Shown in pieces: positions 9,919 to 19,303 of a stretch of DNA of 64,000 bases. Each line of letters begins with the position of its first letter. Positions within the stretch are counted from its first letter, which is position 1. The DNA is taken from the NCBI GenBank assembly GCA_017436645.1, contig JAFSCR010000029.1:24360-88359 (forward strand). Reading direction: 5' to 3'. Origin of the DNA: Clostridia bacterium (GTDB lineage: Bacteria > Bacillota > Clostridia > UMGS1883 > UMGS1540). A program made the position numbers and the translations under genes. The notes beneath the pieces were generated by a model, which was not told where the DNA came from, did not search any database, and saw nothing but the letters and a program-made list of their open reading frames with translations.

Positions 9919-10181
9919 ATATGCACCGCATATAAAGACTGTACAATCTGGATGATAAACCTTAACAATGAATTGACAACTGTCGTTGTCATGAATTGGA
10001 TTTCATCCATGAATTGTTGTAAACAACATGATTTGAATTGCCTTAATGCACCGAAGGTGCAATTCATGAGCCACAAGGCTCAATTCGTGAAATCTGTGAT
10101 TTCAATTCATGCCAAAGGCAATTCATTGCGGTCACAGACCGCATATAAAGACTGTATAATCTGGATGCCAGTCTTTTTTTG
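9919..10181. repeat. Mirrored ATGAATT / AATTCAT motif array interleaved with variable mini-hairpins, bounded by 30-nt direct repeats
   Basis: ATGAATT at 9968, 9991 and 10009, with a degenerate copy at 10028. AATTCAT/AATTCGT at 10061, 10082, 10104 and 10120. Direct repeats at 9925-9954 and 10138-10167 match 29/30. See findings. Confidence 0.8.
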
Positions 10182-10203
10182 CATGGTTCGTGTTAAGATT
10201 AAA

Positions 10204-11538
10204 CTAAAAACAAATTTTATTTTTCTTTAACAAGTATTTGTATGCACCAAGTGATACCAAACTGTCAAACGCCATTCCGATTCCAAACATCATAGCTATT
10301 CCCGTAAGGGTTGGAACCCATATTTTTGTAATATATAATAAAAATGCTGTTCCATAATACAATGTATTCGTTATAACCGATTCAAAAAGCATATATTTTG
10401 TTTTTCCCAAGCCGTAAAAAGTCGCATCAAAAACATTTTGAAACGCATACAACACATAAAAACCAACTAAAATTATAACAAGATTGAATAGTTTATCTAC
10501 ATCTTTGAATAACAGTATATTGGTCATAAAAGGTTTCCACAAAGGTATAGACACGAACCACAATGAACAAACAACCGTTGTTATCGCAAAATATCCTAAT
10601 GTTTTATTCTTAATAGCATAACGGTCAGTTGCAACATCTTTCTTTATATATTCTCCCAATTGCGTTATTGGCAAAAGCAACCATCCCCAAATAAAGTTGT
10701 TTGCAACCCAATATGTACCTTGTTCGTTCACAACATTTACCATTCGTGAAATCATTACTATATAAGCAAAATTTCTCACAAAAGATTCAATCCCTGAAAT
10801 TACACCAACATTCCAAAGTTCTTTCATCCACGAAAACGAAAGTTTCTGCTTTGTAAAAAGGAATCCTTCTTCTTTATTAAGCAAAGTCAAGCTTATAACA
10901 AACATTACTCCGTTTGCAATGATATTTGTTATTGCGATTCCATTAACGCCTAGTTTTAAGGAACAAGGAAGAGATGATACTAAAAGCGTATCAATCATTG
11001 TACACAAAATCAACCGTATTCCCGTCAATATATACATAAATTTTACTTTATTTAATGTAATCAATACTACAAGAACAAAACTTGAAACAACTGAAAATAT
11101 TAAGGCTATACTTTCTATCCGTATATATGTTGCTGATTCTGCTAAAATATCTTTGTTAACAGACATAATCATAAGCATGGGTTTTATAAATAACATAATC
11201 AGCAGTGCTAATACCACATATATTAAAAATGTGACTAAGAGACCACTTTTAAGACAATTACCAAGTTCTTTTTTGTTATTTGATGCTTTGCCAATAAAAT
11301 AATAAAGCGGCAGTATTATTGATTCGTTTATAATTTCATAGAGTAAATTTATCCAGGTAAGCTGTCCTGCTATAGAAAATGAATACTCGCCCGGTAGTTG
11401 ACCTAAAAAGAAAATCCTTAAAGTTGTATATAAGGTCGGAACTAATTGTATAAGCATCAAAGAGATTATAAGCCTATAATCAATCAATGATAAAGATTTT
11501 TTAATCTTAAGAATCAACTTTGAAACTCCTTTCGACAT
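10204..11538 (-). CDS. MATE / polysaccharide-flippase-like (MOP superfamily) membrane protein on an AT-rich islet
   Basis: 444-aa ORF with about 12 predicted TM segments. Markedly AT-rich compared with its neighbours, judged by eye. Confidence 0.65.
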   Translation of the reverse strand: MSKGVSKLILKIKKSLSLIDYRLIISLMLIQLVPTLYTTLRIFFLGQLPGEYSFSIAGQLTWINLLYEIINESIILPLYYFIGKASNNKKELGNCLKSGLLVTFLIYVVLALLIMLFIKPMLMIMSVNKDILAESATYIRIESIALIFSVVSSFVLVVLITLNKVKFMYILTGIRLILCTMIDTLLVSSLPCSLKLGVNGIAITNIIANGVMFVISLTLLNKEEGFLFTKQKLSFSWMKELWNVGVISGIESFVRNFAYIVMISRMVNVVNEQGTYWVANNFIWGWLLLPITQLGEYIKKDVATDRYAIKNKTLGYFAITTVVCSLWFVSIPLWKPFMTNILLFKDVDKLFNLVIILVGFYVLYAFQNVFDATFYGLGKTKYMLFESVITNTLYYGTAFLLYITKIWVPTLTGIAMMFGIGMAFDSLVSLGAYKYLLKKNKICF

Positions 11539-11634
11539 TATTCGACAGTCTTACTACGCTCGCATCAAGTCAGAAACAATAATATAACAGCTAAATTTTG
11601 CAACAAGTTATAAAGCAAAATTATTCCGCTTTAC

Positions 11635-12582
11635 TCACACAAGACGGGATCTTGCACCGCCTTCTACAAAGCTTTCAATATTTTTTGCTACTTCGTCCAT
11701 ACAGCGTTGGCGGGCGTCAATGGAGCCCCACGCCATATGGGGCGTGAAAATGACGTTTTCCCGATTTAAAAGTGCCTGATAGGGGCTATCGGGTTGCATG
11801 GGTTCGGTGGAAAAAACGTCCACACCAAGGCCGCCGAGTTTGCCGTCTAAAACGGCTTTGGCAACGGCCGCCTCGTCCACCACGGCGCCACGGGCAACGT
11901 TAATGAGAATTGCCCCGTCCTTCATAAGAGAAAGGCGACGAGCATCTATAAGGTGATGGGTTTCGGGGGATAAAGGTGTGTGCAGGGAAATAATATCGCA
12001 CTCCCGACAGAGCGTATCCATATCCACGGTGGGATAGTCTTCCGAGGGGGTTCTCTTATAGGCAAGAACACGGCACCCCATGGTCTTTGCCATTTTTGCC
12101 ACCTTGCCGCCAATATTTCCAAGGCCGGCAACGCCCCAGGTAAGCTGGGATATTTCACGAAAAACGGGCTTTACACAGTTGAAAACGCCGCTAGCCGTAT
12201 ACGCACCGCTTTTTACGTAGCGGTCAAAGGTATTTAAATTGGTTGCAAGAGAAAACGCCATGGCGACTGTGAGCTGGACGACGCTGTCGGTCGAATACCC
12301 TGCCACGTTACAAACACCGATGCCGTGGGCACGGCAATATGCTAAATCCACATTATCAAATCCCGTTGCCGTAATGCAGATAAGCTTCAAATTCTTCGCA
12401 TACGGGAGGTTTTCAGCGGTAAGCTTTACTTTATTGAGAATGACGACTTCTGCATCTCCGATGCGGTCTATAACATCCTCCTGCCGTGTCAGGTCATATA
12501 CTGTCACTTCGCCTAAATTCCGGACGGCATCAAAATTTATATCGTCACCTAACGTTTGTACGTCTAAAATTGAAATACGCAT
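11635..12582 (-). CDS. D-isomer-specific 2-hydroxyacid dehydrogenase (glycerate dehydrogenase-like)
   Basis: GVAGLGNIGGKVAKMAK NAD-binding motif. Contains LINVARG and FTPHMAWGS catalytic-region motifs. Confidence 0.85.
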   Translation of the reverse strand: MRISILDVQTLGDDINFDAVRNLGEVTVYDLTRQEDVIDRIGDAEVVILNKVKLTAENLPYAKNLKLICITATGFDNVDLAYCRAHGIGVCNVAGYSTDSVVQLTVAMAFSLATNLNTFDRYVKSGAYTASGVFNCVKPVFREISQLTWGVAGLGNIGGKVAKMAKTMGCRVLAYKRTPSEDYPTVDMDTLCRECDIISLHTPLSPETHHLIDARRLSLMKDGAILINVARGAVVDEAAVAKAVLDGKLGGLGVDVFSTEPMQPDSPYQALLNRENVIFTPHMAWGSIDARQRCMDEVAKNIESFVEGGARSRLV

Positions 12583-12654
12583 AGTTTCACTCCTAAAAAT
12601 TCATATATAAGCATTCTATCACAAAAGTGTGATGCCGTCAATCTGTAGAAATAT

Positions 12655-12685
12655 AAAAAAGCCGTCCCAATACGGGACGGCTTTT
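12655..12685 (-). terminator. Rho-independent terminator after rplL
   Basis: GCCGTCCC-AATA-CGGGACGGC hairpin flanked by A6 and T4. Confidence 0.85.
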
Positions 12686-12701
12686 GAATAAGTAAAACTA
12701 A

Positions 12702-13073
12702 TTATTTGAGTTCTACCTTTGCGCCAACTTCTTCAAGCTTTGCCTTGTAGGATTCAGCATCTTCCTTGCCAACGCCTTCCTTAACTGCCTTGGGAGCGCC
12801 ATCTACGAGGTCCTTAGCTTCCTTAAGGCCAAGGCCGGTGATTTCACGAACAACCTTGATAACCTTAATCTTTTCTGCGCCTGCATCAGCGAGAATTACG
12901 TCGAATTCGCTCTTTTCTTCGCCTGCTGCTGCGCCACCGTCAGCTGCTGCTACAACTGCAACCGGTGCAGCTGCGCTTACGCCGAATTCTTCTTCCATCA
13001 TCTTTACGAGTTCGGCAACTTCTAATAACTTGAGTTCTTTGATATCAGCAATAATCTGTTCGAGTTTGCTCAT
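12702..13073 (-). CDS. rplL: 50S ribosomal protein L7/L12
   Basis: Contains [32 protein letters not shown] ... [16 protein letters not shown]. Confidence 0.97.
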   Translation of the reverse strand: MSKLEQIIADIKELKLLEVAELVKMMEEEFGVSAAAPVAVVAAADGGAAAGEEKSEFDVILADAGAEKIKVIKVVREITGLGLKEAKDLVDGAPKAVKEGVGKEDAESYKAKLEEVGAKVELK

Positions 13074-13113
13074 TTTGAATTTCCTCCTTAAAAATATTTC
13101 TTTTTAAAAATAA

Positions 13114-13746
13114 TTATTCTGCTGTTTCTTCAGCGGGTGCTTCTGCGGGTGCTTCTTCAGCTGCAGGAGCTTCTTCTACTGCTGCTTCTGCTGCAGGTGC
13201 AGCTTCTTCAGCGGGTGCGGCTTCGCCTGCTTTTTTAGCAGCGGCTTCAGCCGGCTCTACGCCACCATCGACGAGGGCCTGCAATGTACGAGCCAAATTG
13301 GAAATCGGTGCATTGAGGCTTCCCATGATCTTCGCAATAAGTGTATCGCGAGAGGGCGTTGCAGCGAGCTTTGTGATTTCTTCGATGGAAATAATGCTGC
13401 CATCGAGGAAACCTGCTTTGATTTCGAGGTTCGGGTTGGTTTTTGCAAATTCAGCCAGAACCTTTGCGGGTGCTACCGGGTCATCGCTGAGTGCGAGAGC
13501 TGTAGGACCATTGAGAATGGGATCCAGAGCTTCATAGCCAATCTGATTTGCAGCAAAACGAGTTAAGGTATTCTTAACAACCTTGTATTCTACGCCTGCT
13601 TCTCTCAGCTTTACACGAAGATTGGTATCTTCTTCAACGGTAAGGCCACGGTAGTCTACGAATACGCCAGCTGTTGCGTTCTGCATTTTTTCAGTAAGTT
13701 CAGCAACAACTGTCTTCTTCTGTTCCAAAACTTTTGCGCTGGGCAT
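13114..13746 (-). CDS. rplJ: 50S ribosomal protein L10 with an A/E/P-rich C-terminal extension
   Basis: L10 core (VVAELTEKMQNATAGVFVDYRGLTV). ATG at 13746 follows AGGAGG. There is a low-complexity acidic tail of about 45 aa. Confidence 0.93.
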   Translation of the reverse strand: MPSAKVLEQKKTVVAELTEKMQNATAGVFVDYRGLTVEEDTNLRVKLREAGVEYKVVKNTLTRFAANQIGYEALDPILNGPTALALSDDPVAPAKVLAEFAKTNPNLEIKAGFLDGSIISIEEITKLAATPSRDTLIAKIMGSLNAPISNLARTLQALVDGGVEPAEAAAKKAGEAAPAEEAAPAAEAAVEEAPAAEEAPAEAPAEETAE

Positions 13747-13764
13747 ATCTTTCACCTCCTGTAT

Positions 13765-13885
13765 AAAAAAGGTTCTCTATCCTATATGCAGACAGAGAAC
13801 CGTAAGAAATCCTTGCGTTTTCCCTTCCTCGGCGGGTCTTACGCACGCGAGGTGCGGCCGGCTGTCTGCGGATGGACAAAAATAA
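13765..13885 (-). promoter_or_regulatory. rplJ (L10) leader with an intrinsic attenuator
   Basis: On the minus strand, GCAGACAG (13869-13862) pairs with CTGTCTGC (13795-13788) and encloses a structured domain. The GGTTCTCT/AGAGAACC hairpin (13801-13771) is followed by T6. Position and layout match the Firmicutes L10-leader attenuation mechanism. Confidence 0.5.
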
Positions 13886-13906
13886 GGTATTTAGTTTTGA
13901 CTTTGA

Positions 13907-14602
13907 TTAGTCAGTAATCTTTGCGGGGTTAAGCTTAATGCCGGGGCCCATGGTGGAAGCTACGGCAACGCTGCGGAGGTACTGACCCTTTGCAGCGGAG
14001 GGCTTAGCCTTGATAACTGCATCCATTAAAGCTTTGAAGTTTTCTGTCAGCTTTTCAGCGCCGAAGGAAACTTTGCCGATGGGGCAGTGGATAATATTGG
14101 TTTTATCAAGACGGTATTCAATTTTACCGGCTTTGATATCAGCAATAGCCTTTGCGAGATCCATGGTAACGGTACCTGCTTTGGGGTTCGGCATGAGACC
14201 CTTAGGACCGAGAACACGACCGATGCGGCCTACAACGCCCATCATATCGGGGGTTGCAACAACAACGTCGAATTCAAACCAGTTTTCGCCCTGGATTTTC
14301 TGAACGAGTTCTTCACCGCCTGCATAATCTGCACCGGCTGCTTCTGCTTCGGCAATCTTGTCGCCCTTAGCAAATACGAGAACACGAACTTTTTTGCCTG
14401 TACCATGGGGCAGAACAACTGCACCACGAACCTGCTGGTCGGCGTGACGGGAGTCAACGCCCAGTTTGATGTGTGCTTCTACAGTTTCATCAAACTTTGC
14501 TTTTGCGCCTTTTACGGCAATATCAAACGCTTCTTCTACATCGTACAGTTTGCCCTGTTCGATAAGCTTTGCGCTTTCCTGATAATTCTTTCCTCTTTTC
14601 AC
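13907..14602 (-). CDS. rplA: 50S ribosomal protein L1
   Basis: 231 aa with [12 protein letters not shown] and [15 protein letters not shown] motifs. Confidence 0.97.
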   Translation of the reverse strand: MKRGKNYQESAKLIEQGKLYDVEEAFDIAVKGAKAKFDETVEAHIKLGVDSRHADQQVRGAVVLPHGTGKKVRVLVFAKGDKIAEAEAAGADYAGGEELVQKIQGENWFEFDVVVATPDMMGVVGRIGRVLGPKGLMPNPKAGTVTMDLAKAIADIKAGKIEYRLDKTNIIHCPIGKVSFGAEKLTENFKALMDAVIKAKPSAAKGQYLRSVAVASTMGPGIKLNPAKITD

Positions 14603-14650
14603 GAATATACCTCCTTGTGGTTATGCGGAATAAATCCTCCCACCAAACTC

Positions 14651-15079
14651 TTAATCTTCTTCTACAACAATACCCATGCTGCGGGCTGTACCGGCAATCA
14701 TGCTCATAGCAGATTCAATGCTTGCAGCATTGAGGTCCGGCATTTTTGTTTCGGCGATTTCCTTAACCTGGCTCTTCTTAATGGTAGCAACCTTGGTCTT
14801 GTTGGGAACGCCGGAGCCGCTTTCAATCTTACATGCTTTCTTGAGAAGTACTGCTGCCGGAGGCGTCTTTGTGATAAATGTAAAGGATCTGTCAGCATAC
14901 ACGGTAATAACAACCGGGATGATGAGACCTGCGTCCTTTGCAGTCTTTTCGTTAAATTCCTTGGTGAACTGTACGATATTTACACCATACTGACCAAGTG
15001 CGGGACCAACCGGGGGTGCGGGCGTAGCTTTACCTGCAGGAATCTGCAGCTTAATGTAGCCCATGATTTTCTGTGCCAT
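14651..15079 (-). CDS. rplK: 50S ribosomal protein L11
   Basis: Contains [22 protein letters not shown]. Confidence 0.97.
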   Translation of the reverse strand: MAQKIMGYIKLQIPAGKATPAPPVGPALGQYGVNIVQFTKEFNEKTAKDAGLIIPVVITVYADRSFTFITKTPPAAVLLKKACKIESGSGVPNKTKVATIKKSQVKEIAETKMPDLNAASIESAMSMIAGTARSMGIVVEED

Positions 15080-15160
15080 TTTTCTTTCCTCCTAATATCG
15101 TGGTATCTGGCGGACACATCTTCTTCCGTGTCCTCCCACCATAAAAAGCCGAGTGGCTTA

Positions 15161-15685
15161 TTATGACAATGCTTCAACCTGGTGAAATTCCAGTTCGACA
15201 GGTGTTTCACGGCTGAACATGGAAACACAAACACGGAGTTTTCTCTTTTCCATGTTGATTTCTTCAATGACGCCGACAAAGCTTTCAAGGGGCCCGTCCG
15301 TAACACGAACGCTGTCGCCCACATTCATATCAAACTTAACGACCTGTGCTTCTACGCCCATAGATTCCACTTCCGCATCGGTTAAGGGAACGGGCTTGGA
15401 GCCGGGACCTACGAAACCGGTACAGCCACGGGTATTGCGGACAACATACCAGCTTTCGTCAGTCATCACCATTTTAATGAACACGTAACCGGGATAGATT
15501 TTACGGGAAACGACTTTCTTTTCGCCGTCTTCCTTCTGTTCCACAACTTCTTCCATGGGCACACGAATGTCCTGGAAAAAGTCCTGCATTCCACGGTTTT
15601 CAACTGTCTTTTCTATATTCGCTTTTACTTTGTTTTCGTAGCCCGAATAGGTGTGGACTACATACCATTTTGCATTACCGGCCAT
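15161..15685 (-). CDS. nusG: Transcription termination/antitermination factor NusG
   Basis: Contains KWYVVHTYSGYENKV, plus a KOW region (VGDSVRVTDGPLESFVGVIEEI). Confidence 0.96.
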   Translation of the reverse strand: MAGNAKWYVVHTYSGYENKVKANIEKTVENRGMQDFFQDIRVPMEEVVEQKEDGEKKVVSRKIYPGYVFIKMVMTDESWYVVRNTRGCTGFVGPGSKPVPLTDAEVESMGVEAQVVKFDMNVGDSVRVTDGPLESFVGVIEEINMEKRKLRVCVSMFSRETPVELEFHQVEALS

Positions 15686-15739
15686 ATTTACCCATGCACC
15701 CCTTTAAGGATGCAACCTCCTTATTTCAAGAAACTGGTA

Positions 15740-15934
15740 CTATCCCATAAGAGCTTTAAAGCCCCAGGAGAACAGAGCATCCAGAATCCAGATGCCTGCG
15801 CCGATAATTAAAATTGCAATAATAACAATACCTGTATTATTGATGAGCTGTTTTTTGGTAGGCCAGATAACCTTTTTGATTTCTGCCTTTAAGTCCTTGA
15901 AGAACTTACCAATCTTAGAAAAAAACTTTTTCAT
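15740..15934 (-). CDS. secE: Preprotein translocase subunit SecE
   Basis: 64 aa with a single TM segment. KVIWPTKKQL motif. Conserved position between rpmG and nusG. Confidence 0.9.
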   Translation of the reverse strand: MKKFFSKIGKFFKDLKAEIKKVIWPTKKQLINNTGIVIIAILIIGAGIWILDALFSWGFKALMG

Positions 15935-15956
15935 ACCTTATACCTCCGTGGGGTAC

Positions 15957-16106
15957 TTATTTGGTTTCCTTATGTGCGGTATGCTTCTTGCAAAATCTGC
16001 AATACTTATTCATTTCGATACGATCCGGTGTGTTCTTCTTGTTCTTCATTGTGTCGTAATTGCGCTGTTTGCATTCGGAGCATGCCAAAGTAATTTTTAC
16101 TCTCAT
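15957..16106 (-). CDS. rpmG: 50S ribosomal protein L33 (absent from the ORF track because it is under 60 aa)
   Basis: Manual translation gives [49 protein letters not shown] (49 aa). GGGAGG RBS. Lies upstream of secE. Confidence 0.92.
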   Translation of the reverse strand: MRVKITLACSECKQRNYDTMKNKKNTPDRIEMNKYCRFCKKHTAHKETK

Positions 16107-16159
16107 GATTTATGTTACACCTCCCACATAAAAAAAGACTTCTTTTGAGAAGTAGACTC

Positions 16160-16188
16160 ATTATATCACAGTCCTCTTCTTTTGTCAA
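16160..16188 (-). promoter_or_regulatory. Consensus sigma-A promoter for rpmG-secE-nusG
   Basis: On the minus strand: TTGACA (16188-16183), a 17-nt spacer, then TATAAT (16165-16160). Confidence 0.75.
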
Positions 16189-16196
16189 CAATTTTT

Positions 16197-17018
16197 TTAA
16201 TTTTTCTCATTTTCTTCAATTTCTGCCGAAATTTCCGCCATTCTTGCCTCAATTTCCTCTCTTGTTACCACTGCGAGATTCGAGAACGAATAGCCGAGTG
16301 CATTCTGCATCATATCGAGGGCCTCTTCCTTTCTGCCTAATGCATAAAGGGTTTCGCCGCAGTTATAATACGGAATGGGAACCCCGAGCCGTTTGCCCGT
16401 CAGTTCCTTATAAAGATTCCAGCTGGAATCAAGGTCTCCTGCAAGGCGATAGTTTAGAGCGAGGTTATCCACAATCGCCTCGTCATACTTATCAAACGTG
16501 TACGCCTCCTGATTCAGCTCCATTGCTCTTTGCATCTGGCCGTTTAAAAGAAGGAGCTGACCGAGCGTGCCGTAGACGTTTCTGTTCTTGCCGAGTTTCA
16601 GCTGTTCTTCCAGTATGGAAATTGCTTTTTCAATGTTTCCCTGTTTCCATAAAAGCAGTGCACGGTTGACGGCCGCACGGCAGCTTTGCTCGGCTGTCAT
16701 TTGCTTATGGGATGCCGCATTCAGAATTTCTTCGGCACGGTCATATTCACCGGCTTTCAGGCACATGAAACTGTAAAACAAAATGTAGTCCGTTTTAAGC
16801 CGCTTTGTGCGAAACGCCTTTTCCATGGTGGCAAGGCCTTTCTCCGGATCTGTCTTATACTGCTTTGCCCCTTTTATCATCAGGATGTCGGGCAGTTTCA
16901 CGAAGCAGGAAATCAAAAGATACGCCGCCAGCGCCAAAAGTCCCCATCGGAGTCCGAGATTTGTGTAAATCAGATAGATGGCAATGCCGGGCACTAAAAT
17001 TGCTACTATAGACTTCAT
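16197..17018 (-). CDS. Membrane-anchored TPR-repeat protein
   Basis: Two N-terminal TM helices followed by TPR-like helical repeats. Confidence 0.6.
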   Translation of the reverse strand: MKSIVAILVPGIAIYLIYTNLGLRWGLLALAAYLLISCFVKLPDILMIKGAKQYKTDPEKGLATMEKAFRTKRLKTDYILFYSFMCLKAGEYDRAEEILNAASHKQMTAEQSCRAAVNRALLLWKQGNIEKAISILEEQLKLGKNRNVYGTLGQLLLLNGQMQRAMELNQEAYTFDKYDEAIVDNLALNYRLAGDLDSSWNLYKELTGKRLGVPIPYYNCGETLYALGRKEEALDMMQNALGYSFSNLAVVTREEIEARMAEISAEIEENEKN

Positions 17019-17029
17019 TTTTTCTCTCC

Positions 17030-18391
17030 TTAAAACTCTGCCGTGCCGACTGTGCGGGGGAAGGGCAGAACGTCACGGATGTTACTCATACCCGTTACAT
17101 ACATAACCATTCTTTCAAAGCCGAGGCCGAAGCCTGCATGCTTTGCACCGCCATAGCGGCGAAGGTCCATATACCAGCTGTAATCGTCCTCCGTCATGCC
17201 CATTTCACGAATGCGGGCGGCAAGACGGTCCGCTCTTTCTTCTCTCTGGCTGCCGCCGATGAGTTCGCCGACGCCGGGTACAAGAAGGTCCATTGCGGCA
17301 ACGGTTTTGCCGTCATCATTCTGGCGCATATAGAAGGCCTTGATTTCCTTCGGGTAATCGGTTACGAATACGGGGCGGCCGAATACCTTTTCGGAAAGGT
17401 AACGTTCATGCTCTGTCTGGAGGTCTGCACCCCAGAATACGGGGTAATTAAACTCTTCCGTCGCTTTTTCTAAAAGCTCGATGGCTTCCGTATAGGTAAC
17501 GTGTGCAAAGGAAGCATTTGCAACCGATTCGAGTCTTTCGATAAGGTCCTTATCCACAAACTGGTTGAGGAATGCAAGGTCGGAGGGTGCATTGTCGAGC
17601 ACATAACGAATCACATATTTTACCATAGCTTCTGCAAGCTCCATATCATCAGAAAGCTCTGCAAAAGCAATTTCCGGTTCAATCATCCAGAATTCCGCCG
17701 CATGACGGGGGGTGTTGGAGTTTTCTGCACGGAAGGTAGGACCGAAGGTGTAAACCTTGCCGTATGCAAGTGCGAGTGCTTCGGCGTTAAGCTGGCCCGA
17801 AACGGTAAGGGAAGTCTGTTTGCCGAAAAAGTCTTTGGAAAAATCCGTTTCGCCCGTGTCCATGGTGGTTACACGGAACATTTCCCCTGCGCCCTCACAG
17901 TCACTGCCCGTAATAATGGGGGTGTGGACATACACAAAGTCATTTTCCTGGAAGAATTTATGAATGGCGTATGCACAAAGGGAACGAATACGGAATACTG
18001 CAGAGAAAGTATTTGTGCGGGGACGAAGGTGCGCAATGGTTCGCAGGTATTCAAAGCTGTGACGCTTTTTCTGCAGAGGATACTCAGGGCAAGATGCGCC
18101 TTCTAAAATGACTTCGTCTGCATGGACTTCAAAAGGCTGTTTGGCATCCGGCGTCTGCACGACGCGACCGCACACCGAAATGGCGGCACCCACGTTAAGC
18201 TTTGCCGCAATATCAAATCCTTTTGTGTTTTCATCAAACACAATCTGTACCGAATCAAAGCAGCTGCCGTCGTTTAAAGAAATGAACCCGAAGTTTTTGG
18301 AAACACGAATATTTCTTGCCCAGCCGGAAATTTTTACTTCATTTAAGTTTTTGTTCTCCCGACATAAGGTTTTAAGTTCTGTACGCTGCAT
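17030..18391 (-). CDS. asnS: Asparagine--tRNA ligase
   Basis: Contains [23 protein letters not shown], a GGSQREER class II motif and [11 protein letters not shown]. Confidence 0.93.
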   Translation of the reverse strand: MQRTELKTLCRENKNLNEVKISGWARNIRVSKNFGFISLNDGSCFDSVQIVFDENTKGFDIAAKLNVGAAISVCGRVVQTPDAKQPFEVHADEVILEGASCPEYPLQKKRHSFEYLRTIAHLRPRTNTFSAVFRIRSLCAYAIHKFFQENDFVYVHTPIITGSDCEGAGEMFRVTTMDTGETDFSKDFFGKQTSLTVSGQLNAEALALAYGKVYTFGPTFRAENSNTPRHAAEFWMIEPEIAFAELSDDMELAEAMVKYVIRYVLDNAPSDLAFLNQFVDKDLIERLESVANASFAHVTYTEAIELLEKATEEFNYPVFWGADLQTEHERYLSEKVFGRPVFVTDYPKEIKAFYMRQNDDGKTVAAMDLLVPGVGELIGGSQREERADRLAARIREMGMTEDDYSWYMDLRRYGGAKHAGFGLGFERMVMYVTGMSNIRDVLPFPRTVGTAEF

Positions 18392-19284
18392 TACATGTCC
18401 TTCCTTTCAAAATAAAGTCTTGTTTCTTCTGTATCTTTTTCGATTTGCCGCCGGAGTGCCTCCACGCTGTCAAACTTTGTCTCCGGTCGCAAAAAATCCA
18501 AAAGCGTAATTTCCGCCTTTTCCCCATAGACTTCCGCATCAAAACCGAGAAGATAACTTTCTGCTCTCGGCAGAGCCTTTTCTACGGTGGGATTTTGGCC
18601 AATATTGGTTACGCTTTTATATACCTTGTTCAAAATGCGGGTTTCGCTGATATAGACCCCCTTCTTCGGCAGAAGCAGATTTTCAGACAGCGGAACATTT
18701 AAGGTGGGAAAGCCGATAGAGCGTCCGAGCTTTTTCCCTTCCTGCACCGTGCCCAAAAGCGTATAGGGTGCAAAAGAGAGGGCATTTACGGTTTTCACAT
18801 CCCCTTCGGCTAAAAGGGTGCGGAGCCTTGTGCTGGAAACGGGTGCACCTGCCTCACAAACGCTTTCCATAATTTCGCAAGTAATCCCGTATTCCTTGCA
18901 AAGGGTTTTCAGGGTTTCGGCGTCCCCTTTGGCATTTTTGCCAAAGCGATAATTAAACCCTGCCGTGACATAGACGGCACCGAGTTCTTCCACCAGAATT
19001 TTTTCCACAAATTCTCTCGGCGTAAGGGACAGAACATCCAATCCCCGCTTTTCGAGAACTACCCTGTCAGCACCGATTTCAATCAGGCGCCGCACCTTAA
19101 GGTCTGTTTCCATCAGAAGTGCAGGCGGTGCGGACGGGCACAGGAGAAATCGGGGGTGGGGTTCAAAAACATATACGATGCTCTCCGTTTTTCTTTTTCT
19201 TGCGAAAGCAAGCATCTTTTCTATAAGCTGTCGGTGTGCATTATGTACCCCGTCAAAATTACCAAGGGCGATTGCTGTGCCCAT
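18391..19284 (-). CDS. ribF: Bifunctional riboflavin kinase / FMN adenylyltransferase
   Basis: [12 protein letters not shown] at the N-terminus. The C-terminal riboflavin kinase region contains GFPTLN. Confidence 0.92.
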   Translation of the reverse strand: MGTAIALGNFDGVHNAHRQLIEKMLAFARKRKTESIVYVFEPHPRFLLCPSAPPALLMETDLKVRRLIEIGADRVVLEKRGLDVLSLTPREFVEKILVEELGAVYVTAGFNYRFGKNAKGDAETLKTLCKEYGITCEIMESVCEAGAPVSSTRLRTLLAEGDVKTVNALSFAPYTLLGTVQEGKKLGRSIGFPTLNVPLSENLLLPKKGVYISETRILNKVYKSVTNIGQNPTVEKALPRAESYLLGFDAEVYGEKAEITLLDFLRPETKFDSVEALRRQIEKDTEETRLYFERKDM

Positions 19285-19303
19285 GCGTTTTCTCCTTTAT
19301 ATA

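Noticed and set aside
9960-10130. CRISPR-like or REP/BIME-like interpretation of the motif arrays (also 57500-57655)
   Set aside because: The conserved units are only 7-9 nt. They switch orientation midway. The variable segments are self-complementary hairpins of 9-17 nt rather than 25-40-nt spacers. REP elements conserve the stem rather than the linker. No cas or RAYT/tnpA gene is present in the window.
9916-10230. 104-aa ORF with the duplicated peptide TAYKDC(T/I)IWM
   Set aside because: The duplication simply reflects the 30-nt direct repeats. The frame runs through eight hairpins and a terminator-like structure, and there is no RBS. The nested base-pairing explains the sequence better than coding does.
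14087-15166. 359-aa plus-strand ORF
   Set aside because: It is antisense to rplA and rplK and has a Cys/Phe/Asn-rich nonsense composition. The ribosomal protein genes explain the region.
18392-18420. T-box leader for asnS
   Set aside because: The asnS start codon overlaps the ribF stop at 18391, so there is no leader space. The gene appears to be co-transcribed with the upstream operon.
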